Shown here piece by piece: positions 28,153-36,941 of a stretch of DNA of 64,000 nucleotides (position 1 is the stretch's first letter; every line of letters starts with the position of its first letter). The translations under genes were made by a program, and so were the position numbers. The notes below the pieces were generated by a model. It worked only from the letters and a program-made list of their open reading frames with translations. It was not told the origin of the DNA and made no database searches. Source of the DNA: Alphaproteobacteria bacterium (lineage in GTDB: Bacteria > Pseudomonadota > Alphaproteobacteria > SP197); the NCBI GenBank assembly GCA_965228895.1, contig OZ245842.1:2656001-2720000 (forward strand), given 5' to 3'.

Positions 28153-28623
28153 ATGCGTCACCTGGTACCGGTCCTGGTCTTAGGGCTTGTGATCGTTTCG
28201 CGTGCGCGGGCCGAGTTTGACGACGGTCTCATCGCCTTCGACGAAGGCGACCATGCGACAGCACCGGTCATCTGGCAGCCGCTGGCCGAAGCCGGCGATG
28301 CGGATGCCCAGAACGCTCTTGGCGACATGTACCTTTATGGCCGTGGTGTCCCGCGCGATCCGACGGTGGCGATCGACTGGTACGAACGGGCGGCCGCCCA
28401 GGGCCATGCCGGTGCGCAAAATCACCTGGGCGTCATTCACGTCAACGGCTATGGCGTTGCGGTCGACCGGGTGACGGCCTTCATGTGGTGGAAGCTTGCC
28501 GCCGAGCGCGGCATCAACGATGCGTCCCATGCGCCCAGCGTTCTGGGTGACCGTATGACGCCATCGGAAATCAACGAAGCGAATGCGCGCGCCGTTGCCT
28601 GGTCACAAGGCAACGAGCCGTAA
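28153..28623 (+). CDS. Secreted Sel1-like repeat protein
   Basis: GGAGG RBS; AQNALGDMYLYGRGV..D...A..WY..AA.QG repeats. Confidence 0.85.
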   Translation: MRHLVPVLVLGLVIVSRARAEFDDGLIAFDEGDHATAPVIWQPLAEAGDADAQNALGDMYLYGRGVPRDPTVAIDWYERAAAQGHAGAQNHLGVIHVNGYGVAVDRVTAFMWWKLAAERGINDASHAPSVLGDRMTPSEINEANARAVAWSQGNEP

Positions 28624-28714
28624 CCGCGACCCGCCCTGGCGTTCGCCGGCGGCCGGCACTTACACGGGTCTAACGACACCAAACGAAACCGAACGCTCCT
28701 GCGTTACCGGCCGA

Positions 28715-29008
28715 TCAAGCGCCCCACTGAATGATGGTCATCGCGATAAGCAACAACAGACAGGCCAGTGCCTGAGGCACCAGCACCATCGCGGCAACGA
28801 TAACCTTCAGCCAGCTACCGTCTCCGGAAAAGGCCCCAAACAGATCGGCGAAGTAGTCACGCACGTCGATGGCGTGATCCAGACTGCTGCCGCGTGGGCG
28901 CCCGGGTCCGCGCAAGCGGTAGTAACCGGGCGTCGTTGTCGAGCGCGCTGTCTGGCGCAGCAACTCGGCTTCCTCGTGGCGTTGTCGTGGTGTCCGTCGT
29001 TGGACCAT
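28715..29008 (-). CDS. Small hypothetical membrane protein
   Basis: Basic N-terminus and C-terminal hydrophobic helix; weak RBS. Confidence 0.45.
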   Translation of the reverse strand: MVQRRTPRQRHEEAELLRQTARSTTTPGYYRLRGPGRPRGSSLDHAIDVRDYFADLFGAFSGDGSWLKVIVAAMVLVPQALACLLLLIAMTIIQWGA

Positions 29009-29250
29009 CGCAAGCCTCGCTTCAGCTTCGAGGTACTAAAGATAGATAATCATAGGCGCCAGGTCGACGAATGTTTCCCATCCACCATAATCGGCACCAA
29101 GACTCCACGGACGTAGACATGAAGTAGACCACTCCAAAAGGCGGGTTGTCAGATCAAATCACGACTTGTCTATCGACCGCTTCCAAGCGAAACTTCCACC
29201 CATTGCTAAAGTTGCATTACCTCTGCAGGTTCCACACCAGGAGTTGGATC

Positions 29251-29616
29251 ATGGCAAATTGTAGCGGTAACGGTAACGGCAAGAGCTGGGACCATGTTCG
29301 GCCATACATTCAAGTCAACACCGGCATAACAGGAGCATGCGTTGTGCTGGTTGCGCCCATATTCATCGGTTTCCCAAACATTCAGTCAAGCAGTCCGGCA
29401 TATCTTCAGGATATCTACGAACTGTTTCTGAAAAACATGGCCTGGGCTATCTTCGCAGGTGCGGTGGTTGGCGTGCTATTACAGGTCTTGCGCGATTGTT
29501 GTCGTAGCAACGAGTGGACGCACGGACTTGTTTCGGTTCCGGCCGTCATTCTAACCATCGTGCCGGCCATTTTCGGTTACTACGCTCTAATGGCTGTTGT
29601 CGACAATCTACCTTAG
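29251..29616 (+). CDS. Hypothetical membrane protein with atypical (lower-GC) codon usage
   Basis: AGGAG RBS before ATG 29251; three hydrophobic segments. Confidence 0.55.
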   Translation: MANCSGNGNGKSWDHVRPYIQVNTGITGACVVLVAPIFIGFPNIQSSSPAYLQDIYELFLKNMAWAIFAGAVVGVLLQVLRDCCRSNEWTHGLVSVPAVILTIVPAIFGYYALMAVVDNLP

Positions 29617-30206
29617 CGGCTGGAGCAATCTCTCAGCGGTTCAAGGGCGCACCGTCTTAGATCCATGGGTCGCGGCCAACTAGCATCCAGGCATCAGGTA
29701 CGGTGCATAATGGGTGATGCTTGAATTGGTGCGTGTTGTTCAGCCGCCACTTTGCCGGACATCGGACAGCTCAAAGAGCTGACTGAGACAAACTGACCGT
29801 TAGCGTAGGGTCGGCTCGAATGCCCAGGGCGGGAACCTGCCAAAAGCAACAACCGAACAGACACTTAACCCTGCAATCGCATCCTGCATTGCGAAGAGAA
29901 AAGTGGTGCGATTGGTCGCGCCAGTTCGATCACTGATGACCGTCTACCAGCCGGCGCGCCGTTTGGTGCCACATCTCGGCTTCCATTTGGCGGCCGCTGT
30001 CGATCCAACGCAATCCTCGTTTCAGATTTGTGACCTTGAGGGTTCGCTGATCACCATCGAGCATCCGATGCGCGCGTTCCAAGCCAATCGGTCGCGACAA
30101 GACCCGTCCCGATCATATCCACACGACGTAGGCGCAAACATTGTTTTGCCGACACAATTGTCTGACAGTGCTTGGGAGCGCTCTTGCGTTATGCACGGGT
30201 ATCGTC

Positions 30207-31100
30207 ATGAAGCATCTTCTACTTGTTCCCAGTTTTTTGATCCTGGCCGCGGCACCCGCCCTCGCCCAGGATGTGGAAGGCAGCGCCGACCACCCGTTGG
30301 TCGGTCGGTTCGACGGCAGTTGGATTCGCGCCTACGAAACGCGTGAGTTCGACGAGGTCGCGGTGGCAACCGCGGCCGGAACGGTCGGGACCGTCGAGGG
30401 CGCCGTCACCCGGCTGTCCTATGGTTATCCGCCGGAAACATCGCTGATCCATATCGCGCGCAACTTCGAACAGGCGCTGGAAGAGAAGGGCTTCACCATC
30501 AAGCTCAGTTGCGACCAGGACGATTGCGGACGCATCAACTATGACGTCGAGCAGTTCGGCAACTCGCCTTCATGGGCGACGTCGTTTGATTACCGCTATG
30601 TCATGGCAACGCGTTCTGATGCTGATGGCATCGTGCACGCGACTCTCTTCCTGTCGATCAACAACAGCAAGGCGATGTCTGTCGTCACGGTCACCGAAGA
30701 AGAAGCCATGAGTTTCCGCATGGTCGATGCGGCGGAAATGCAATCCGAGCTGACGGATACCGGACGGGTCGCGCTTTACGGCATCCAGTTCGACACCGAT
30801 GAAGCGACGATCAAACCGGAAAGCGAACCGACACTCGTGGAAATGGCGGCGTTCCTGTCAGCCAATCCGGGCCTGCAGATCGTCATCGTCGGTCACACCG
30901 ATAATCAAGGCTCGATGGAGTACAATCTCGGCCTGTCAGCCCGGCGCGCGGAAGCGGTACGCGACGCGCTCGTTTCGACCTACGGCATCGACGCCGACCG
31001 CATGGCCCACGCCGGCGCCGGTTTCCTGGCACCCTTGGCGCCGAACACGACGGAAGAAGGGCGCGCTTTGAACCGCCGGGTCGAGATCATCGCGCGTTAG
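30207..31100 (+). CDS. OmpA-family peptidoglycan-binding protein with N-terminal periplasmic domain
   Basis: Signal peptide; DHPLVGRF..S.I; GIQFDTD, GHTD..G, N..LS.RRA.AV, NRRVE. Confidence 0.9.
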   Translation: MKHLLLVPSFLILAAAPALAQDVEGSADHPLVGRFDGSWIRAYETREFDEVAVATAAGTVGTVEGAVTRLSYGYPPETSLIHIARNFEQALEEKGFTIKLSCDQDDCGRINYDVEQFGNSPSWATSFDYRYVMATRSDADGIVHATLFLSINNSKAMSVVTVTEEEAMSFRMVDAAEMQSELTDTGRVALYGIQFDTDEATIKPESEPTLVEMAAFLSANPGLQIVIVGHTDNQGSMEYNLGLSARRAEAVRDALVSTYGIDADRMAHAGAGFLAPLAPNTTEEGRALNRRVEIIAR

Positions 31101-31105
31101 GGCGT

Positions 31106-32854
31106 CTACTCACTCTCGGTGACGGCCTCTTCGGCGACCTTCGAAAACGTCGTTGTCATCGGGCCCAGGCCGGGGAAGTCGAGTGTCGTCGTCATGGTCG
31201 TTTCGCTGCAGGTATAGCTTTGCTGCAGCATGCCGGCGCCAGGCTGGCTGACCGGGCCGGTCATGGTGGCATCCGGCGATGTGACCGTCACCTGACCGCT
31301 CAAGCCACCGGTTTCCTGGCATGTGTTCAGCAAGCCATCTTTCGCCGACCAGGTGCCGGTCGCCGCGGTGAGGTTGCCGACGCCCTCGCCTATGGCGTCG
31401 TCCATCTCGATCGTCAGGCCGCCGCCAAAGGGTTCGGTGATAAAGATACCGTCGCTGCGCAGAGTCATATCGCCGGGCGTGATGTTGGCCGCGGTAATGT
31501 TAATTCCCTGCGACTTCATCCATTCGACCGCGCCGCCGCTGGCATAGGACCACGTCCCGACCAGGCAGGCGTCGATTTCCTCGGTACCGCCGCAAGGGTC
31601 GCACGACGCCGTGCGCTCCACCTCGACCTCCACGCGCTCGGCGCCGTCGCCGGTATGCAGACCGACCATGCGGTAGCGCGCCATGCTGCCAGCCCGCGCG
31701 TCGACCTCCTCCGGCCACGGCCTTATCCAATCGCGCGTATCCATCTCGCGCACCGACACGTTGGGCGAAGACGGTGATAGGTTGACGCGCCGCCACTCTC
31801 CACATTCGTGATCGGCATATCCCTGCAGGACGACAAACGGTTCCAGCGTGACGGTCTCGGTCTCGTTGCCGTCGAAATAGATCTCGGTGCCCTCGACCTC
31901 GCCAAAGGCCAGCGGGTTTCCGCTGGGATCGGTGATGCTGAGGTCGGCATAGGCTTCGACAAAACTGAGCCATTGTTCGTCGCTCAACGCATCGCGCATG
32001 GCGGCCCGCTGCGCGGCCGCATCGTTGGACGGCGCCATGCCGCTCAGGAACGTCATCAGGGCGGACGGGCCGCCCGCGTTGGCGTGAAACCAGTAGAAGA
32101 ACACCGTCATGCCGTAGGAGATGTCGTGCAGGGGCGTGCCGGCCGCGACGCCCTCATCGAACTCGGTGGCCCGGCCCTGCATATCGCCCGCATCTGGCAG
32201 GGCCAGCGTCGCGAAGTATTCGGCCGATCCCTCGCCCCACCAAATGCCGCCACCGGTCACCGTGCTGTACTGCTCCGGCGAGAGCGACTCCGCTTGAACG
32301 CAGTGGAAGATCTCGTGCGCGATCGTCTGCGCGATGTCTTCGGGATGACCGCCAGGCCCGAACAGGTAGGCGGTGATCAGACATTCATCGTCCAGCGCCG
32401 GACCGTTGGCGACACCCAGGATCGAGCGCTCAGGCTCGCCATCCGCCATCACCGACTCCTGATCGTCCAGGATCAGGATGGTGATGTCGTCGACCCGGTA
32501 GTTGCCGAGCATACCCAGCGCGGCGATCGCGGCACGCGCGCCGCGTTCGACCTCAGGCAGCGCGCCCGGCCGAAAAGCCCAATCGGCGTTGATATCGCGG
32601 ATGCCCCGCATGTTGCGTGTGCCGCCTGGCGTTTCATAGGGAATGTCGAACTCGACAATGCAGGTCAGGCCCGAGATGGGATCGTAGATTCCCGTCGCCT
32701 CGCCCGAGGTGCCAAAGTCGCTCAGATAGTCGGCATCCATGCAGTCGCCGAACTCAGCGCGGATTGCTTGTGGGGTCAACACCAACACCGCCATGACAAA
32801 GCAGGCCAGAACGAGACACGCTCCCCTTAGGGCCAACACGGTTGCCTTTGTCAC
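31106..32854 (-). CDS. Secreted acidic putative zinc metallopeptidase (gluzincin-like)
   Basis: Signal peptide; IAHEIFHCVQ followed by WWGEGSAEY. Confidence 0.7.
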   Translation of the reverse strand: MTKATVLALRGACLVLACFVMAVLVLTPQAIRAEFGDCMDADYLSDFGTSGEATGIYDPISGLTCIVEFDIPYETPGGTRNMRGIRDINADWAFRPGALPEVERGARAAIAALGMLGNYRVDDITILILDDQESVMADGEPERSILGVANGPALDDECLITAYLFGPGGHPEDIAQTIAHEIFHCVQAESLSPEQYSTVTGGGIWWGEGSAEYFATLALPDAGDMQGRATEFDEGVAAGTPLHDISYGMTVFFYWFHANAGGPSALMTFLSGMAPSNDAAAQRAAMRDALSDEQWLSFVEAYADLSITDPSGNPLAFGEVEGTEIYFDGNETETVTLEPFVVLQGYADHECGEWRRVNLSPSSPNVSVREMDTRDWIRPWPEEVDARAGSMARYRMVGLHTGDGAERVEVEVERTASCDPCGGTEEIDACLVGTWSYASGGAVEWMKSQGINITAANITPGDMTLRSDGIFITEPFGGGLTIEMDDAIGEGVGNLTAATGTWSAKDGLLNTCQETGGLSGQVTVTSPDATMTGPVSQPGAGMLQQSYTCSETTMTTTLDFPGLGPMTTTFSKVAEEAVTESE

Positions 32855-33350
32855 CTCGGACCTTCCTATCCGCGCTCGGTAGGCTGCTCGGATCTTAAGC
32901 GAATTGATGTCAGTCTTACACCAGATCGACCTGAACTGTCACAGGACGGGCGTCGCTGGAAGGCCAGAACCGATCAGCGCTGGGCTGGCTCGAACGCGCG
33001 AGACCCTTTCGAACCCGCTATATGGACTCGCGACTCGAAAGGAGTTGTCGTCACAAAGCACGACACCAAACATCCGAAACAGTGCTCGTGAGCAACGGTA
33101 GCTGCGCTAACGCCGTCGCCTGGGCACGCGATTGCGATTTGAGCCGTACGACAAAATGCAGCGTAACTGGAAGCACCGGGTTCAACGCCAGCGTCGACCG
33201 AACGGCGTGTGCGAAGACAGCAATTGCCTTGACAGCTCATCGGTCAAGACCGATTGGTGTCGCCAAAGCGCGAAGCATGACGTCGAGCAGAATGTTCGGG
33301 ACTGGCCGTCGGCAAGCAGGCGCGGGACCCGGTCAGGGGACAGTACGTTG

Positions 33351-34676
33351 ATGGTGGACCGTCAGACTCAGCGACAAGAAGCGCTCGATGCCGCGGCACG
33401 CGGCGATCACCGTACGGCGTTGGTCCAATTGCGCAAGCTCGTTGAAGAAGCGCCAGGCTCATGGCTGCATCACGCCGATCTGGCGCGTGAGTATCGGTTA
33501 CTTGGCTATCTACAGGATACAATTACCAGCTTTCGCCAGGCCATTGCCTTGGAACCGGACCGGGCGGAACTGCGCTGCGAACTGATCGACGTCCTCAACC
33601 GCCTCGACCGAACGCGGGTGATCGAGATCGAGTGCAAGGAGCTGCTTGACCGATTGGCGAACCGCGCCGATGTCCTGTTGCCAGCAGCCATCGCGCTCGA
33701 AAAGAGCGACCAGGTTGACGCCGCATTGGCGGCGCTTCGACGCCTTCTTGAAATTAAGCCCGACCACTTCGACGCTGAACAACACCTTAGACGCCTCCAA
33801 ACCGAACGGATCCCGCCCTGGCACTTCGCTATGATGAACGACGAGCCGCGCAATCAAGCATACGAGGCCGCGTTGAAGCGGGCGGTGACGCCGGACAGCC
33901 ACGTTTTCGAGATCGGAACGGGGTCGGGCATTCTGGCCATGCTGGCGGCACGTGCCGGTGCCAAGCGTGTCACGACGTGCGAAGCCAACCCACAGATTGC
34001 CAGGGCAGCAGCCGACATCATCCGTCACAACGGTATGGAGCAATCGATCACCCTAATCCCTCGTCCGTCTTGGGAGCTTGACGCGGACAAGGACCTGGGT
34101 GGACCGGCCGATGTCCTGGTCGCGGAGATCCTGAGCGACACCCTGCTCGACGAAGGTGTCCTGCGCACGACACAGCAGGCACGTAAGACGCTGCTAAAAC
34201 CGGATGCGCAGCTTATCCCTTACGCCGTCTCTGCAATGGCCCGCCTTGTCGGCGGCGAGGCTCTTGCCATGACGACGATGGTGGGAACGGTCTCAGGTTT
34301 CGATCTGTCGCCCTTCAACCGCTACATCCCAGCATCGCTCTCCATCAACACAGATAGCCGCGACCTTTTGACGCTGAGTGACGACTTGGAGGTCTTCCGT
34401 TTCGATCTGACGGAGGCAGTTCCCGAACCCGAAGAACGGCACCTCAGCTGCACGGCGACCGCTGACGGCCTCTGTGTCGGGATCCTGCAGTGGGTGCGTC
34501 TTTATCTCGATCACGAAACGATCTTCGAGAATCGGCCTGCCGACCGGTTCGCTCCATCAGCATGGCGTCAAAGACTGTTTCCCTTCGCTGAGCCGCTAGA
34601 AGTCTGCGCCGGCGACACAGTCGCCTTCCGGGCGGTCCACAACGTCGCAAGCCTTGCCTTTGACAGAATGACCTGA
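33351..34676 (+). CDS. TPR-repeat plus PRMT-like SAM-dependent methyltransferase
   Basis: N-terminal TPRs; WHFAMMND..RN..Y, EIGTGSGILAMLAARAGA, double-E loop AEILSDTLLDEG, LLKP..LIP, W.Q C-terminal domain. Confidence 0.82.
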   Translation: MVDRQTQRQEALDAAARGDHRTALVQLRKLVEEAPGSWLHHADLAREYRLLGYLQDTITSFRQAIALEPDRAELRCELIDVLNRLDRTRVIEIECKELLDRLANRADVLLPAAIALEKSDQVDAALAALRRLLEIKPDHFDAEQHLRRLQTERIPPWHFAMMNDEPRNQAYEAALKRAVTPDSHVFEIGTGSGILAMLAARAGAKRVTTCEANPQIARAAADIIRHNGMEQSITLIPRPSWELDADKDLGGPADVLVAEILSDTLLDEGVLRTTQQARKTLLKPDAQLIPYAVSAMARLVGGEALAMTTMVGTVSGFDLSPFNRYIPASLSINTDSRDLLTLSDDLEVFRFDLTEAVPEPEERHLSCTATADGLCVGILQWVRLYLDHETIFENRPADRFAPSAWRQRLFPFAEPLEVCAGDTVAFRAVHNVASLAFDRMT

Positions 34677-35018
34677 CTCTCCCGCAGGACACGGCTTCGG
34701 TGCTCTGCGCGAGCCTTCTCTCCAAAAAAGCTGGTCCTTGGTCAACGTTGACCACCCAACAAAAAGCCTCTGCGAGTCCACGGCTTGGAAGGGCTTGTGG
34801 TGGGGGTTCGGATGTGATCACCACGTGTTGCGCCAAGCTGTTGGGCTCTGAAAACGCAACACTGGCAGCACCGAATGGGAAGCCCGGGCTAACGCTCCGT
34901 CAGTTCGTTGTCGCCGATCGTCCGGTATGCCGGCATCGAATCTTTGCCGAGCGGGGCTGGTGGCGGCAACCGTCGGGAAGGCGTACATTGGACGAAGGGT
35001 CATCGTTCGTGGGTGCAG

Positions 35019-36716
35019 ATGTCGCAGGAAACTCCAAGGCAAACACAGCCTCTCGGCGTTCGTGCGTTTGTTGGGGTTTGCGGCGCGGGCGCAAGCAAGC
35101 TCGACAACCTGGATACTGTCTGTGGCAAACCGACCACCCGTTTGCGTGTCGGACCGACGTTGGTTGCGCTTGTCGGGCGAGACGAAGGCCCCCTCGCCTT
35201 TGATCAGTCGGTCAACGCACAAATCGTCTTTACCGGCCGGCCATTTGTCGATGATCGGCTGCTCGGAACCTGTCTGTTCGATGAGGGCGCGATCCCGGCA
35301 CCCGACCAAATCGACGGCAAGTTTGCCTGCCTCGTTCTCAAACCCGATGGGCTGGAGCTTCTGACGGATTTTATCGGCGCGGGCGCGGTGTTCTATGCTG
35401 TGGAAGGCGGGCGCCTTTATTTTGGCTCGCATCTGGGCCTGCTCGTGGCCGCCCTGCCCCATGCGCCCGAACTGAACGACATCGGGATTGCAAGCCAGCT
35501 TACCGGCGTACAGCTGTTCGACGAAACCCACTTCAGCGGGACATACAGACTAAAGGCGGGCGCTCAGCTGAGCGCCATCCTTAACACCGATCAGACAATC
35601 GACGTCCGCCAGTCCCACGGCAGTGGCATTCGCGGCTTGCTGGATATCGATGTCCCGCCGCTTACGACGGCCTCCTTTCGCGCTATGTTGGATAGCGGTG
35701 TCGCGCGCGAAGCCTACGACGCCAACTCCATCCTCATGCTGTCCGGCGGCCGGGATTCGCTCGCGATTGCCCTGGCGCACGCACCGACCCCGACACGCTG
35801 CGCCACCTATGGCGAGCCCAAGTCCATGGACGTGCTGAGGGCCAAACGGAGGGCCCGACGGCTCGGCCTGGAGTTCATGGCTGTGCCCTATCAGGACTGG
35901 ACGCTCGAAACCTACCAGGACCAGATCGTGGCGCTCAGTGCCGGGTGTTCGGGCTTGCAGACGGCGCACAACATCGTCGGTTTCGACTGGGTCAGCGAAA
36001 GGGCCAACCTGGCGTCCATCGGTTACCTTGGCGACGTGTTCAGAGACGCGCCGTTACGTGCGATGGAGGACGGTGCTGACGAAAGCGCTGTGCCGCCGCT
36101 CCTGGCGTTAAGGTTCAACGACCCGATCCTGAAGGACGTCTTCGCCAAAGAGCGTGAGACGATGTCAGAGTTCATCCTGGATACGTTTCGCGACCTCGCC
36201 CGCGACGTCGGCCCGCACAAAGCGCTCATGATCCTGCGTTTGCAATGGCATCAGGCGCGGTGGATCTCCATGACCTTTGACCTGTGCGACTGGTTTCTGC
36301 CCATCTCCTATCCCCTCATGCAACGCGATCTGATCGGTGCTTGGCTTCAGTGCGACCTGGAAAACCCGAAGGCTCGAGAGCACTTCAAACTCGCTCTGGC
36401 CGAAAGGCTGGCTGAACGTGGCTTTGCTGAAAACGCGCGCGGCAGCATTCCTGAACGGGTATGGAACAAGTTACTGGCGACCGTCACCAAGCTGAACAGA
36501 GGCGGTCGCGTCGTAAATCTTTGTGATTGGCAAGCGGTCATCGAGCGATCGCAATTCCGGCCAGAGAACTTTGATTGCGGCCATGACCGGTTGTCGGACT
36601 ACACCAGCCGTTCATGGGAGATCGTCCAGGCGGGGACCGAGCGAACCAACCTCAAACCGGCCGTCTATTCCGCCACCGCCATTGCCGCGGCAACCATGCG
36701 GTTCTCGCGAGGATAA
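35019..36716 (+). CDS. Asparagine synthetase-like protein (degenerate Ntn domain plus PP-loop)
   Basis: IDGKFA..., D..G...FY, FGS, then LSGGRDS and TYG...D...A; no N-terminal Cys; start uncertain. Confidence 0.75.
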   Translation: MSQETPRQTQPLGVRAFVGVCGAGASKLDNLDTVCGKPTTRLRVGPTLVALVGRDEGPLAFDQSVNAQIVFTGRPFVDDRLLGTCLFDEGAIPAPDQIDGKFACLVLKPDGLELLTDFIGAGAVFYAVEGGRLYFGSHLGLLVAALPHAPELNDIGIASQLTGVQLFDETHFSGTYRLKAGAQLSAILNTDQTIDVRQSHGSGIRGLLDIDVPPLTTASFRAMLDSGVAREAYDANSILMLSGGRDSLAIALAHAPTPTRCATYGEPKSMDVLRAKRRARRLGLEFMAVPYQDWTLETYQDQIVALSAGCSGLQTAHNIVGFDWVSERANLASIGYLGDVFRDAPLRAMEDGADESAVPPLLALRFNDPILKDVFAKERETMSEFILDTFRDLARDVGPHKALMILRLQWHQARWISMTFDLCDWFLPISYPLMQRDLIGAWLQCDLENPKAREHFKLALAERLAERGFAENARGSIPERVWNKLLATVTKLNRGGRVVNLCDWQAVIERSQFRPENFDCGHDRLSDYTSRSWEIVQAGTERTNLKPAVYSATAIAAATMRFSRG

Positions 36717-36797
36717 GGCTTGTCACCGTGGCCGGAACGTCGCCTGTACGCCGCCCCGGCAAACAGGGTGAACGTGACGGCACTTGGTTGAGAAATT

Positions 36798-36873
36798 TGG
36801 TAGCGGAGGAGGGACTCGAACCCCCGACACAGGGATTATGATTCCCCTGCTCTACCGACTGAGCTACTCCGCC
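36798..36873 (-). tRNA. tRNA-Met (CAT), elongator type
   Basis: GGCGGAG/CTCCGCT acceptor stem, anticodon loop ATCATAA, GTTCGAGTC T-loop, encoded CCA; no C1:A72 mismatch and no G29-G30-G31 (initiator features). Confidence 0.93.
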
Positions 36874-36941
36874 CCAGAAAGGTCCGCCGCATATAGAGTT
36901 GCGCTTCGGCCAAGTCAAGCCGGCGGCGCGCCCGATTGGGT

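Noticed and set aside
29617-30206. Long spacer as a retron ncRNA, hidden gene or IS remnant
   Set aside because: No reverse transcriptase or transposase in the window, no terminal inverted repeats, and the ORF at 29903-30346 has no coding signature
28670-33262. 12-bp direct repeat ACGACACCAAAC (near 28673 and 33060) and a 9-bp inverted copy near 33254 as element boundaries or attC sites
   Set aside because: Too short, no matching RYYYAAC/GTTRRRY attC fold and no integrase; may be chance
33132-33350. N-terminal extension of the PRMT-like ORF
   Set aside because: TTG start without RBS and non-protein-like composition; ATG 33351 with an upstream AGGGGA is more plausible
33351-36716. Lasso peptide biosynthetic cluster
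   Set aside because: No RRE/B1, no transglutaminase-like B2 and no precursor with lasso leader features found in the flanking spacers
36798-36873. tRNA-fMet or tRNA-Ile2 identity for the CAT tRNA
   Set aside because: The 1:72 position is paired (G-U) and the three consecutive G-C pairs at 29-31 are absent; the sequence resembles alphaproteobacterial elongator Met, although Ile2 is not formally excluded without a model search
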